A stretch of 26,016 nucleotides of DNA from Candidatus Sumerlaeia bacterium. GTDB taxonomy: Bacteria > Sumerlaeota > Sumerlaeia > SLMS01. The notes beneath the pieces were generated by a model. The model saw nothing but the letters and a program-made list of their open reading frames with translations. It was not told where the DNA came from and made no database searches. This document shows, one piece after another, positions 17,363 to 25,415 of this stretch; the first letter of the stretch is position 1, and each line of letters opens with the position of its first letter. The stretch lies in NCBI GenBank assembly GCA_038208905.1, contig JBBQYG010000047.1, positions 1 to 26,016 on the forward strand. Direction: 5' to 3'. Both the position numbers and the translations under genes were made by a program.

Positions 17363-20300
17363 ATGGCAACCGGAGAAAACAATCTCGCAAGTGTGGTAAC
17401 GCCCGACCCCGACGGGCGGGATAGCGCGCCCTATGGTGAAACGGCCCTGCAACCAGGGCGCGAACCAAGGGACACGAAGCTACTGTTGCAGAGCCCGGAA
17501 CCGCCAGACTGCCACACCGGCTATGGATGGGAGGAGGAGGAACTTGTCCTTCAGCAATCCGCCGATGCCCGCGGCGGCGACGCATCGCCCAAGGCTCCAA
17601 GCTACCGGTTCGAGAAGCTCATCGCCACGGGCGGCATGGGAGAAGTCTGGCGTGCGACGCAAACCAATCTTTGCCGAATTGTTGCGCTGAAAAAGCTAAA
17701 GCCGGGGACTTCGCTCCAGCAGTCCGAGCAGGAATTGCTCTTCCACCAGGAAGCGGTGATCATGGCCCAGCTTGATCACCCCAATATCGTCCCCATCTAC
17801 GATTGCGGAGAGGACAAGGCCCACGCGCCGCTGATTTCCATGAAGCTGGTCAGCGGAACCGCTTGGGACAGTCTGATCACCGCCGAACTGGCGGCCCTCC
17901 CCTATCGCGATTACCTCGCCAAGCAACTCGAGATCCTGAAGGATGTCGCCCAGGCCGTCGCGTTTGCCCATTCCAAGGGTATCGCACACCGCGACCTGAA
18001 GCCCCAGCAGGTCATCGTCGGCGACTTCGGTCAGACCTATCTGATGGACTGGGGGTTGGCGTTTTGCTTCGATACCAGCCTGATTCCGCGGATCGAGGGG
18101 CGGCTTCCCGATCATCTGCCGACGAAAGAGGACGCACTTTGCCCGGCGGGGACGCTGAGCTACATGGCACCCGAGCAAATGGACAACACGGCCGAGCACA
18201 TGGGCCCGCGGACCGACATCTATCTGCTGGGCGGGGTGCTCTATCAGGTCCTTACGGGACAGCCTCCGCGCAAGTGGGACGCCTACGAAGTCATGGAGCG
18301 CCAGATCCTGGATGGGTGGTATCGACCCATCGAGACGATGCTTGGAGGCCGCGACGCCCCTGCGGAGCTGATCGAGCTGGCGAACAGGTGCATGCAGCCG
18401 AGCCCGGAACTTCGTCCGCGCTCCGTGGCCGACTTCATCGAGATCCTGACCGAGTATGAAACGGGATCGGCGAAGCGGCGCGAAGGCACGCGCATCGTGC
18501 AGCAGGTGGAGGGATTGATCCACACGGGCATCGCCACCTACGAGGGGTGCACCGAGGCGCTGACGATGCTGCATCAGGCCAGCATGTTGAGCGCGGGGGA
18601 CGCGCGCATCGAAAAGCTGCGGGTGGCAGCCTACGAGACTTTCTGCAAACTGGCGATTAAGCACGATGACCTGATTCTGGCGCGCCTTCAGGCCAACCGT
18701 ATCGTGGGCACGCCCCAGCACGCGCGTCTGAATTCCGAGATCGTGGGCCGCATTGCGCGAAAGCGCCGCCGCGATGCGTTCATCACCTATGGCACGATCA
18801 GCGTGGTGCTGCTCGCTAGCATGGTGTTTGTGACGGTGCTTTACTACAACTTGGAACTGAGTCGGCGGAGCGTCCAGATCGAGCGCGCCAACGAGACAAC
18901 CAAGCAGGCGCTTGGCTCCGCCGTGGCGAGCCACACGGCGCTGGAGCAGGAACTCTACAAGACCAACCTGAAGCTGGCGGAAAAGTACCTCGCCCAGAAG
19001 CAATACACCCTCGCACAGGAGGCGTTGCTGGATACCCCGGCGACGGACTCGGACATCGAGTGGGATATCCTCTATTCGCGCTCGATGCCGTACCTGAAAT
19101 CCGTCGATTTGCCGACGGAGGCGAATCGGTTGGCTCTGCTGGGCGAAGGGCGGTTGCTGCTGTTCGCAGGAGACACGATCCTCACGCTGATGGATCTGGT
19201 GGAGGAGACAACACTGGCGACCTATTCGCCCACCGATTCCCCCATCGTCGCCCTGCAAACAACGGCGATTTACGCCTATGCGGCAACGCGGGACGGGGTG
19301 CTCCATCGCTACTCGCTCGCAGCGCCCTACTCCGACGAAGTAATGGCGGATTCTGGCCGCGAGTTGTTCAGCGCGGCAGTGCTGGGGTCCGACGATTTTC
19401 TGCTGGCGACCAAGGCGGGGGAAATTCTGCGGTACTCGACTGCGAACAACTCCATCGTTTGGTCAACGCAACTGGACGCGCCAGCCTACGCCGTCGCGGT
19501 ATCGGCGGACGAGCGCAAGTTCGCTATCGCCACGGAGAGATTCACCATCCACGTGGGCGATTGCGAGTCGGGCATACTGGGCGAGCCCATGCAGGGCCAC
19601 ACCCAGCCGGCGCTCTCCGTCGATTTCCATCCTTCCGCGGGCAAGCTGCTCTCCTCGGCGGCGGATGACTCGGCAAGAATATGGGAGCCCGAATCGGGCG
19701 CCTCGCTTGAGCGTTTCGAAGTGTCGCAGGAGGTCTTTGACCGAGCCCGCGTCTTCAAGGCCCGGTGGCTGGATGACCGGCGGTTTGTGACGGCCTCCGC
19801 CGGCAATCGCGTGCTGGTGTGGGATTCAAGTTCCGGCCAACAGGTGGGCGAATATTCCGAAACCGGAGCGATCCTCGACGATGTCTCGTTCGAGTTCGAC
19901 CATGCCTTGCTTGCGATCCTGTATGATCATCGCCGCGTGCTGATCTGGGATTTGAACAGGCGCGCGGGAAACCATTCGCTGGCCGGCCATCAGGGGTATG
20001 CCCGGACTTCGGGGCTGGGCCATGGCCGCGCGCTGACCGCGTCGCACGACAATTCGGTACGCGTCTGGAACACGGAAACAGGGAGCGAGGTGCGCCGCTT
20101 CTCCGAGCCAGTCACCAGCTACAGCTACTCCGCAGGCCGTATATCCGCAGATGGCAAGTTTGTCGTCGCACTGCACGAGGCGCGCTATGTGACGCTCCGC
20201 GAGGTGGACTCGGGAAGAATCCTGGACGCTTTCAGGGGAGAGCAGAATATCGACGACGTGACGATGGACGCGGACGGCGCCCGACTGCTGGCGGTGGGAA

Positions 20301-21373
20301 ATTCGGGGGAGGCGCTGCTGCGCGATGTGGTGGCCCAGACGACGCGCAAGCTGGATGCGCCCCCGGTCAATGGGTATGCGGCGGAGTTCTCTCCCGATGG
20401 CAGCCGATTCGCCATTGCCTTTCAGGATGCCACCATTCGCCTGTACAGCGCCGAGACCGGCGAGGAAGAGCGTGTCCTGCGCGGGCTGGATACTTGGGCG
20501 AACGCGGTGAATTTCGACACCACCGGCGAGCGCGTGGTTGCCGCGGGATTCGACACCACCATCGGGATATGGCATGTCGCCGACGGTGCCTTGCTGGCGC
20601 GGATGCGCGGGCACGAGGGCTGGGTCAGCGACGCAGTCTTTTCGCCCTCGGGTCGGCGCGTCGTGTCGGTGGACGCGACCGGAACCCTATGTGTATGGGA
20701 CGCGGCGACGGGCGTTGAGTTTTCCCGAATCGATGGAGTCGGCCGCGGCCTCACGAGCATCGACGTAAATCCGGCCGGAACGATGATGGGGGTGGGCCGG
20801 CAGTTTGCCCCGCCGGAGATATGGAACATCGCGAGCCCGCGGCTTGAAGGCATCGGGACGGTGGAATGGCAGAAGGCCCGCTATCGGTCTTGGCTGGCAT
20901 TGCGGGAAACGACAGCCCAGCCGCCGGCGGAGGCGCCTCCAGCGGCTCCACAGCTTGCCTCGCCCGACCTGTTTGCACCGTTTGTCACAGGCCCGCTGCG
21001 CCCGCTGGAGGCCAAGAGCATCGTCGGCGAATCCTATCGTCCGATGAGGGTCCTCTGCCTGACGCCGCCTCTCCCGCCGGAAGAAGGCGTCTTCATAACC
21101 GGCAATCGCCCGGAGATCGGCGTATGGACCCCCAACGTGGCGCCGATGGTTTATCTGGGAACGAATGAGCACGGCATGGTATGGGAGTACACGACGACCC
21201 TGCGCTTTATGGTCTTCAAGTTCACCAAGGGCACCCGTGGCCAGCGGGAAGGCGCAATCTACGAATGGATGCCGGCGGAGCATCGGAATATCGATTCCGC
21301 CAGCAGCCTCTATCTGGATTCGATGGGTCGCGCCGTGTATCTGGGGGAGTTCGGCAAGATGCCCTGGAAATAA
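17363..21373 (+). CDS. Hanks-type Ser/Thr protein kinase with a TM helix, WD40 beta-propellers and a C-terminal CBM20-like module (1336 aa)
   Basis: GGMGEVW, VALK, LDHPNIVPIYD, HRDLKPQQ, MDWGLA, GTLSYMAPE, TDIYLLG; TM (FITYGTISVVLLASMVFVTVLYY) after RKRRRD; several GH...W(D/E/N) repeats; C-terminal VFITGNRPEIGVWTP...FKF...EW...HR. Confidence 0.9.
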   Translation: MATGENNLASVVTPDPDGRDSAPYGETALQPGREPRDTKLLLQSPEPPDCHTGYGWEEEELVLQQSADARGGDASPKAPSYRFEKLIATGGMGEVWRATQTNLCRIVALKKLKPGTSLQQSEQELLFHQEAVIMAQLDHPNIVPIYDCGEDKAHAPLISMKLVSGTAWDSLITAELAALPYRDYLAKQLEILKDVAQAVAFAHSKGIAHRDLKPQQVIVGDFGQTYLMDWGLAFCFDTSLIPRIEGRLPDHLPTKEDALCPAGTLSYMAPEQMDNTAEHMGPRTDIYLLGGVLYQVLTGQPPRKWDAYEVMERQILDGWYRPIETMLGGRDAPAELIELANRCMQPSPELRPRSVADFIEILTEYETGSAKRREGTRIVQQVEGLIHTGIATYEGCTEALTMLHQASMLSAGDARIEKLRVAAYETFCKLAIKHDDLILARLQANRIVGTPQHARLNSEIVGRIARKRRRDAFITYGTISVVLLASMVFVTVLYYNLELSRRSVQIERANETTKQALGSAVASHTALEQELYKTNLKLAEKYLAQKQYTLAQEALLDTPATDSDIEWDILYSRSMPYLKSVDLPTEANRLALLGEGRLLLFAGDTILTLMDLVEETTLATYSPTDSPIVALQTTAIYAYAATRDGVLHRYSLAAPYSDEVMADSGRELFSAAVLGSDDFLLATKAGEILRYSTANNSIVWSTQLDAPAYAVAVSADERKFAIATERFTIHVGDCESGILGEPMQGHTQPALSVDFHPSAGKLLSSAADDSARIWEPESGASLERFEVSQEVFDRARVFKARWLDDRRFVTASAGNRVLVWDSSSGQQVGEYSETGAILDDVSFEFDHALLAILYDHRRVLIWDLNRRAGNHSLAGHQGYARTSGLGHGRALTASHDNSVRVWNTETGSEVRRFSEPVTSYSYSAGRISADGKFVVALHEARYVTLREVDSGRILDAFRGEQNIDDVTMDADGARLLAVGNSGEALLRDVVAQTTRKLDAPPVNGYAAEFSPDGSRFAIAFQDATIRLYSAETGEEERVLRGLDTWANAVNFDTTGERVVAAGFDTTIGIWHVADGALLARMRGHEGWVSDAVFSPSGRRVVSVDATGTLCVWDAATGVEFSRIDGVGRGLTSIDVNPAGTMMGVGRQFAPPEIWNIASPRLEGIGTVEWQKARYRSWLALRETTAQPPAEAPPAAPQLASPDLFAPFVTGPLRPLEAKSIVGESYRPMRVLCLTPPLPPEEGVFITGNRPEIGVWTPNVAPMVYLGTNEHGMVWEYTTTLRFMVFKFTKGTRGQREGAIYEWMPAEHRNIDSASSLYLDSMGRAVYLGEFGKMPWK

Positions 21374-21383
21374 CAGGCGATGG

Positions 21384-21419
21384 GCGATTCCGGGGGGGGA
21401 ATCGCCCCCCCGGAATCGC
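21384..21419. terminator. GC-rich hairpin between convergent genes (probable bidirectional terminator or stabiliser)
   Basis: GCGATTCCGGGGGGG ... CCCCCCCGGAATCGC inverted repeat in the 53-nt gap between the stops at 21373 and 21427; no clear U-tract. Confidence 0.65.
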
Positions 21420-21426
21420 AATGCGG

Positions 21427-23451
21427 TCAGGGACCGAGGAGCGCCTTGAGGTGATCCGCCAGTCGCAGGGTAAGCGCCGCCACCGTGAGCGATGGATTGC
21501 AGGTAAGGCAGTACGGAAGCACCGACGCGTCGCTGGCGAAGAGATTCCGATACTCGTGGAATCGCAGATTCGAATCCACGACGCTGGTCGTCCCGTCGTC
21601 GCCCATGCGGAGCGAACCACTGGAGTGCTGAATCGTTCCCATGTCGGAATGCGTGACACCGCGCATCTGGTCATAGGATGAGTCCAGCGCGCCCAAGAGC
21701 TCGTTCTTGAATAGCCAGCCATGTTCCTTGAGGGAGTTCAAGTAGTCCTGGGTCAGGAACCCGGAGAGGTAGCCGTGGTACTCCACATTGGGGCGCTCTC
21801 CGGCCCCGCGCGCGTGGATGCGGTTGGCATCGTTGAGGGGGGCGTAGGAACGCATCTTTAAGCTGACGGCGCTCGTCGTCAGGCTCTGCCGCATCTTCAG
21901 CCAGACGTCCTGATCCGAAAAGCGAAGGCGCCACATGCTGGGGAACGATGAATTGCCCCACGGGTCCACGTGCTTGCTGGCGCCGGACACATTGACCTCC
22001 GCATAGAAGGGAAACTTATCCTTGCCCGCCTGCAAGTACGGCCCCTGGCGGGCAGGCACCGGCTCGAAGTGAAGCTTGGCCATCCGCAGCTTCTCGTGAA
22101 ACAGATTCCCCGCGGGGAGCTCGAACTGCTCGACGCCCAGCTCCGGGTGATCCGTAAGCCCCACGCCCAGCTTTCCCGAGCGATCCCGAAGCCCGCTGTT
22201 GAGCGCGAGGTTGGGACTCTGGACCGAGCCAAGGGCGACGACGAAGATATCCGCCGTATAGCGGCGCTGCACATTGCCCAGAAGATCCTGGCAACGCACC
22301 GCCACCACCTGGTCTCCATTCGTTTCCAGCGCGACCGCCATGTGACCCGTGTTCACCGTGAGGTGGCGCGCCCCCGGGTCCGCGTCGCCGCCGGAACAAT
22401 CGTTGAGCAGGTTAACGCTGGAGAACATCCCGGTGCCGAAAACCTGATGGCTCCCCAGGAAATCCGCCTGGCTGTCTGGCTGGCTGAACGACCAAGGGAG
22501 TTCATTGACCACCATGTTCGGCAAGCCATCGCGGAAGTGCCTCACAAGGGCCTGCGCATACGTTCCGTGCGTCGCCATCTTTTCGAGCAGTTGCTCGGCC
22601 TTGGAGTAGTAGCCTTGGCCGCCGTCCGTTGTGTCCTTCAGGCTCCCGGCCACGCCGGCCGGCCAGTAGGGAAGGGCGTACTCGAAATCCATGATCCGCG
22701 GAATCACGCCGGACCAGAAAACCGAGCGCCCGCCCAGCAGCATGTTGGTACCGCCCCAGAAGCTCCCGCTCCCGCTCGGGTCAAGGTCGCGAACCTGATG
22801 CGCGGAGAAGGAAGAGTTCAGGAAGAGGTTGTCGGCGTGGGTGGTAAACTGGGCCACGCCCACTTCCAGGACCAACGTCTCGATTCCCGCGTCGGTCAGG
22901 TCGTCGGCAATGATGCCGCCCATCATCCCCCCACCGATCACGATCACGCGATAGTGCTTCGATTCGTCGCGATTGCCGCGGAAGCACTGCTCGTTGGCCC
23001 GGGTGTTGTCCACACGCAGCCTGCCGTACTGGTGGAGGAATCGATGGGGGGGCTGACTTTCGAACTCGAGGTTTCCCCCCGTTTCGACGGTGGCCCACTG
23101 AAGGCTCTGGGACGTGCGCAGGTTTGGGCCCGCGGACCAGATTTCGCCGTCGAGGACGAACTTGAATTCGAAATCGGCCGAATACGACGCTTCGGGAAAC
23201 CCAAATCGCCAGGTTCCATCGGCGTATTCGCCGTAGATATCCCGCGCGAACCCATCCGTCGAATTGCGGATGGTGACCATGTGGTTGGGGCGATACTGAT
23301 TCGTCCTGAGCGCGATCTCCATCGGGAATCGCCGACCCTCGGCGGGCGCCGGCAACCGCGGCGCGGGGCGAAAGGCGACTTCGGGAAGCACTCCGCCGAG
23401 GCGCTCGGCATCGTCGTAACTGCGTTCCGGCTTAGCGGGGCGTTGAGGCAT
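21427..23451 (-). CDS. GMC-family FAD oxidoreductase (pyranose/glycoside oxidase-like) with an N-terminal glucan-binding-like module (674 aa)
   Basis: Strong RBS AGGAGAAACAAAATG; VIVIGGGMMGG Rossmann motif with LVLEVG, LGGRSVFWSG, VGLTDH, catalytic HSSGSLRMG, VVDSNLR, DASVLP and CNPSLT (His/Asn pair). Confidence 0.88.
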   Translation of the reverse strand: MPQRPAKPERSYDDAERLGGVLPEVAFRPAPRLPAPAEGRRFPMEIALRTNQYRPNHMVTIRNSTDGFARDIYGEYADGTWRFGFPEASYSADFEFKFVLDGEIWSAGPNLRTSQSLQWATVETGGNLEFESQPPHRFLHQYGRLRVDNTRANEQCFRGNRDESKHYRVIVIGGGMMGGIIADDLTDAGIETLVLEVGVAQFTTHADNLFLNSSFSAHQVRDLDPSGSGSFWGGTNMLLGGRSVFWSGVIPRIMDFEYALPYWPAGVAGSLKDTTDGGQGYYSKAEQLLEKMATHGTYAQALVRHFRDGLPNMVVNELPWSFSQPDSQADFLGSHQVFGTGMFSSVNLLNDCSGGDADPGARHLTVNTGHMAVALETNGDQVVAVRCQDLLGNVQRRYTADIFVVALGSVQSPNLALNSGLRDRSGKLGVGLTDHPELGVEQFELPAGNLFHEKLRMAKLHFEPVPARQGPYLQAGKDKFPFYAEVNVSGASKHVDPWGNSSFPSMWRLRFSDQDVWLKMRQSLTTSAVSLKMRSYAPLNDANRIHARGAGERPNVEYHGYLSGFLTQDYLNSLKEHGWLFKNELLGALDSSYDQMRGVTHSDMGTIQHSSGSLRMGDDGTTSVVDSNLRFHEYRNLFASDASVLPYCLTCNPSLTVAALTLRLADHLKALLGP

Positions 23452-23701
23452 TTTGTTTCTCCTATCGATAGTGAAGTAGTGTGACGACGAAACCGAGAGC
23501 GGCGCAGGTCAGAGGCACTTGGAAATGGCACTGTTTGGTTGGAAGATGGGGCCCTTGGTTTTAGTGACTCGAATGATATGATACCTGTCCGACTCTTGTA
23601 ATTATGGTCTATTCAAAACCAAAAGGGTGCGCAACAGAAATAGTTGCATGGATAAAAAATAGACATCTTTCCACCGGCGCTTTCCGCGATGCCTCCCGGT
23701 A

Positions 23702-23733
23702 AACAAAATGGGGCGGCTCCGTGGAGCCGCCCC
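23702..23733 (-). terminator. intrinsic terminator downstream of pilC
   Basis: The minus strand reads GGGGCGGCTCC-AC-GGAGCCGCCCC then ATTTTGTTT, about 27 nt after the pilC stop. Confidence 0.8.
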
Positions 23734-23759
23734 CTCTATTTCTTCCAACTGCGGCGGGC

Positions 23760-24989
23760 TTACTTGATGAGCTTGGGAATGCTGAACAGCGGCAGATAGA
23801 GCGCCACGACGATGATGCCCACGATGACGCCGAGGACCACGACCATCACGGGCTCCAGAATCGACGTGAGGGCGTTTACGGTGTCGTCCACTTCGCGCTC
23901 ATAGGCTTCCGCCACCTTGATGAGCATCTGGTCGATGGCGCCGGTTTCCTCGCCGACAGCCACCATGTGAACCACGAGCGGCGGAAACACCGCGCAGCGG
24001 CTAAGCGGCTCGTGGATCGTGTCGCCGTCCTTGACCGACTGATAGACCTTGTCCATGGCGCGCGCCACGACCTCGTTGCCCGATGTGTCGCGCACGATGT
24101 CGAGCGCCTGCAAGATCGGCACGCCCGAATGAATCAGCGTGGCCAGTGTTCCCGCGAAGCGCGTGATGGCGATCTTCTTCATCAGGGGGCCAAAGACGAT
24201 GACCTTGAGCGAAAGAAAGTCGATGACGTACTTCCCTTCCTTGGTCTCGTACACCTTCTTGAACGCGACCCAGATGATGATGATCGCGAGGATCACGATC
24301 CACGACCGGTTGATGAGGATGTCGGAAGCGATCACGAGCTGCATCGTGAGCCAAGGCAGCTCGGCGCCCATCTGCTTGAAGATGTCGGTGAACTTGGGGA
24401 TGATCATGATCAGAATGAACGACACGATGACCGCGGCAAGGATCGTCACCACGACGGGATACATCATGGCCGACTTGACTTTGCCCTTGAGGGCCTGGCG
24501 CTTTTCCAGGAACTCGGCGATCTTGTTGAGCACGGCTTCCAGCACACCGCCGATCTCTCCCGCGCGGACCATGTTGACGTAGAGCGGGTCGAAGGTCTTG
24601 GGGTGCTTGGCCAGCGCCTCGGAGAGCGAAGTGCCGCCCTCGATGCTCTTGATCATGTCCGCGATCTTGTCCTTGAAGATGTTGGACTCGACCTGTTCCT
24701 GAAGAATGGAAAGCGACCGGATGATCGGCAGACCGGCGTCGATCAGCGTGGCAAGCTGGCGAGTGAACGTCATCAACATGCGCGAAGTGATCCGGTGGAA
24801 GATCAAGCGCAGGCCGGGGAGCGCCAGAATGTCGGCTTGGGCGGCGCTCTTCTTGTGCTGGGCCACCTTCAGCGGATAGTAGCCCATCCCGCGCAACTTC
24901 TCGACGATGATCTCCTCGTTCGCGGCCTCAATGACGCCGCGCACTTGCTTGCCGCCTTTATCGAGCGCTTCGTAGGCATATTCGGGCAT
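23760..24989 (-). CDS. pilC: type IV pilus assembly / T2SS inner-membrane platform protein PilC/GspF (409 aa)
   Basis: MPEYAYEALDKGGKQVRGVIEA, FTRQLATLIDAGLP, YVNMVRAGEIGGVLE, KSAMMYP, MVAVGEETG, LEPVMVV...ALYLPLF; GGGGAGAG upstream of ATG 24989. Confidence 0.93.
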   Translation of the reverse strand: MPEYAYEALDKGGKQVRGVIEAANEEIIVEKLRGMGYYPLKVAQHKKSAAQADILALPGLRLIFHRITSRMLMTFTRQLATLIDAGLPIIRSLSILQEQVESNIFKDKIADMIKSIEGGTSLSEALAKHPKTFDPLYVNMVRAGEIGGVLEAVLNKIAEFLEKRQALKGKVKSAMMYPVVVTILAAVIVSFILIMIIPKFTDIFKQMGAELPWLTMQLVIASDILINRSWIVILAIIIIWVAFKKVYETKEGKYVIDFLSLKVIVFGPLMKKIAITRFAGTLATLIHSGVPILQALDIVRDTSGNEVVARAMDKVYQSVKDGDTIHEPLSRCAVFPPLVVHMVAVGEETGAIDQMLIKVAEAYEREVDDTVNALTSILEPVMVVVLGVIVGIIVVALYLPLFSIPKLIK

Positions 24990-25415
24990 GGCCTTGCTCT
25001 CCCCGCGTTCGCGATTGCCTGACCCCGGCGCAATGCCGCCGGACAACCCGAAGGGGATCAGAGAACGGTCGCCCTGTCAAGCAACGAGGCGGACGGGGAA
25101 GGACCCGGCGCATCTTCAATGAGGGCACCTCCACACACCCCTCGGAAGAATTTATCCGACCAATCAAAACAAAACAGTTGCCTTGAGGGATTTCGCACCT
25201 CTCGGAGGCTAGCCAACGAGAAATTGTGCGTGACTTTCGAGAACGACTGTAAGGTAACTGGATTCACGGTGACGCACGAACTGGGAACTTGTCCTAGCGG
25301 AAGCAGCATCATTGACGCCTTCCCCCGTCCGTTTATTGAAGGCGCGCAACTGGGCCTACCCCGACGGGCGTCTCGAATCCCATCGGGGTTAGGCCAGTCA
25401 GACTCGGAGGCAGAA

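Noticed and set aside
17696..19306. 536-aa - strand ORF
   Set aside because: Antisense to the kinase gene with no recognisable motifs.
23322..23345. Twin-arginine signal in the GMC protein (GRRFP)
   Set aside because: It does not match S/T-R-R-x-F-L-K and no hydrophobic region follows.
21970..25022. 504-aa and 433-aa + strand ORFs
   Set aside because: Shadows of the GMC oxidoreductase and pilC genes.
24990..25330. c-di-GMP riboswitch or sigma54 promoter upstream of pilC
   Set aside because: I found no GEMM-type consensus and no TGGCAC-N5-TTGC by eye; an Rfam scan would settle the riboswitch question.
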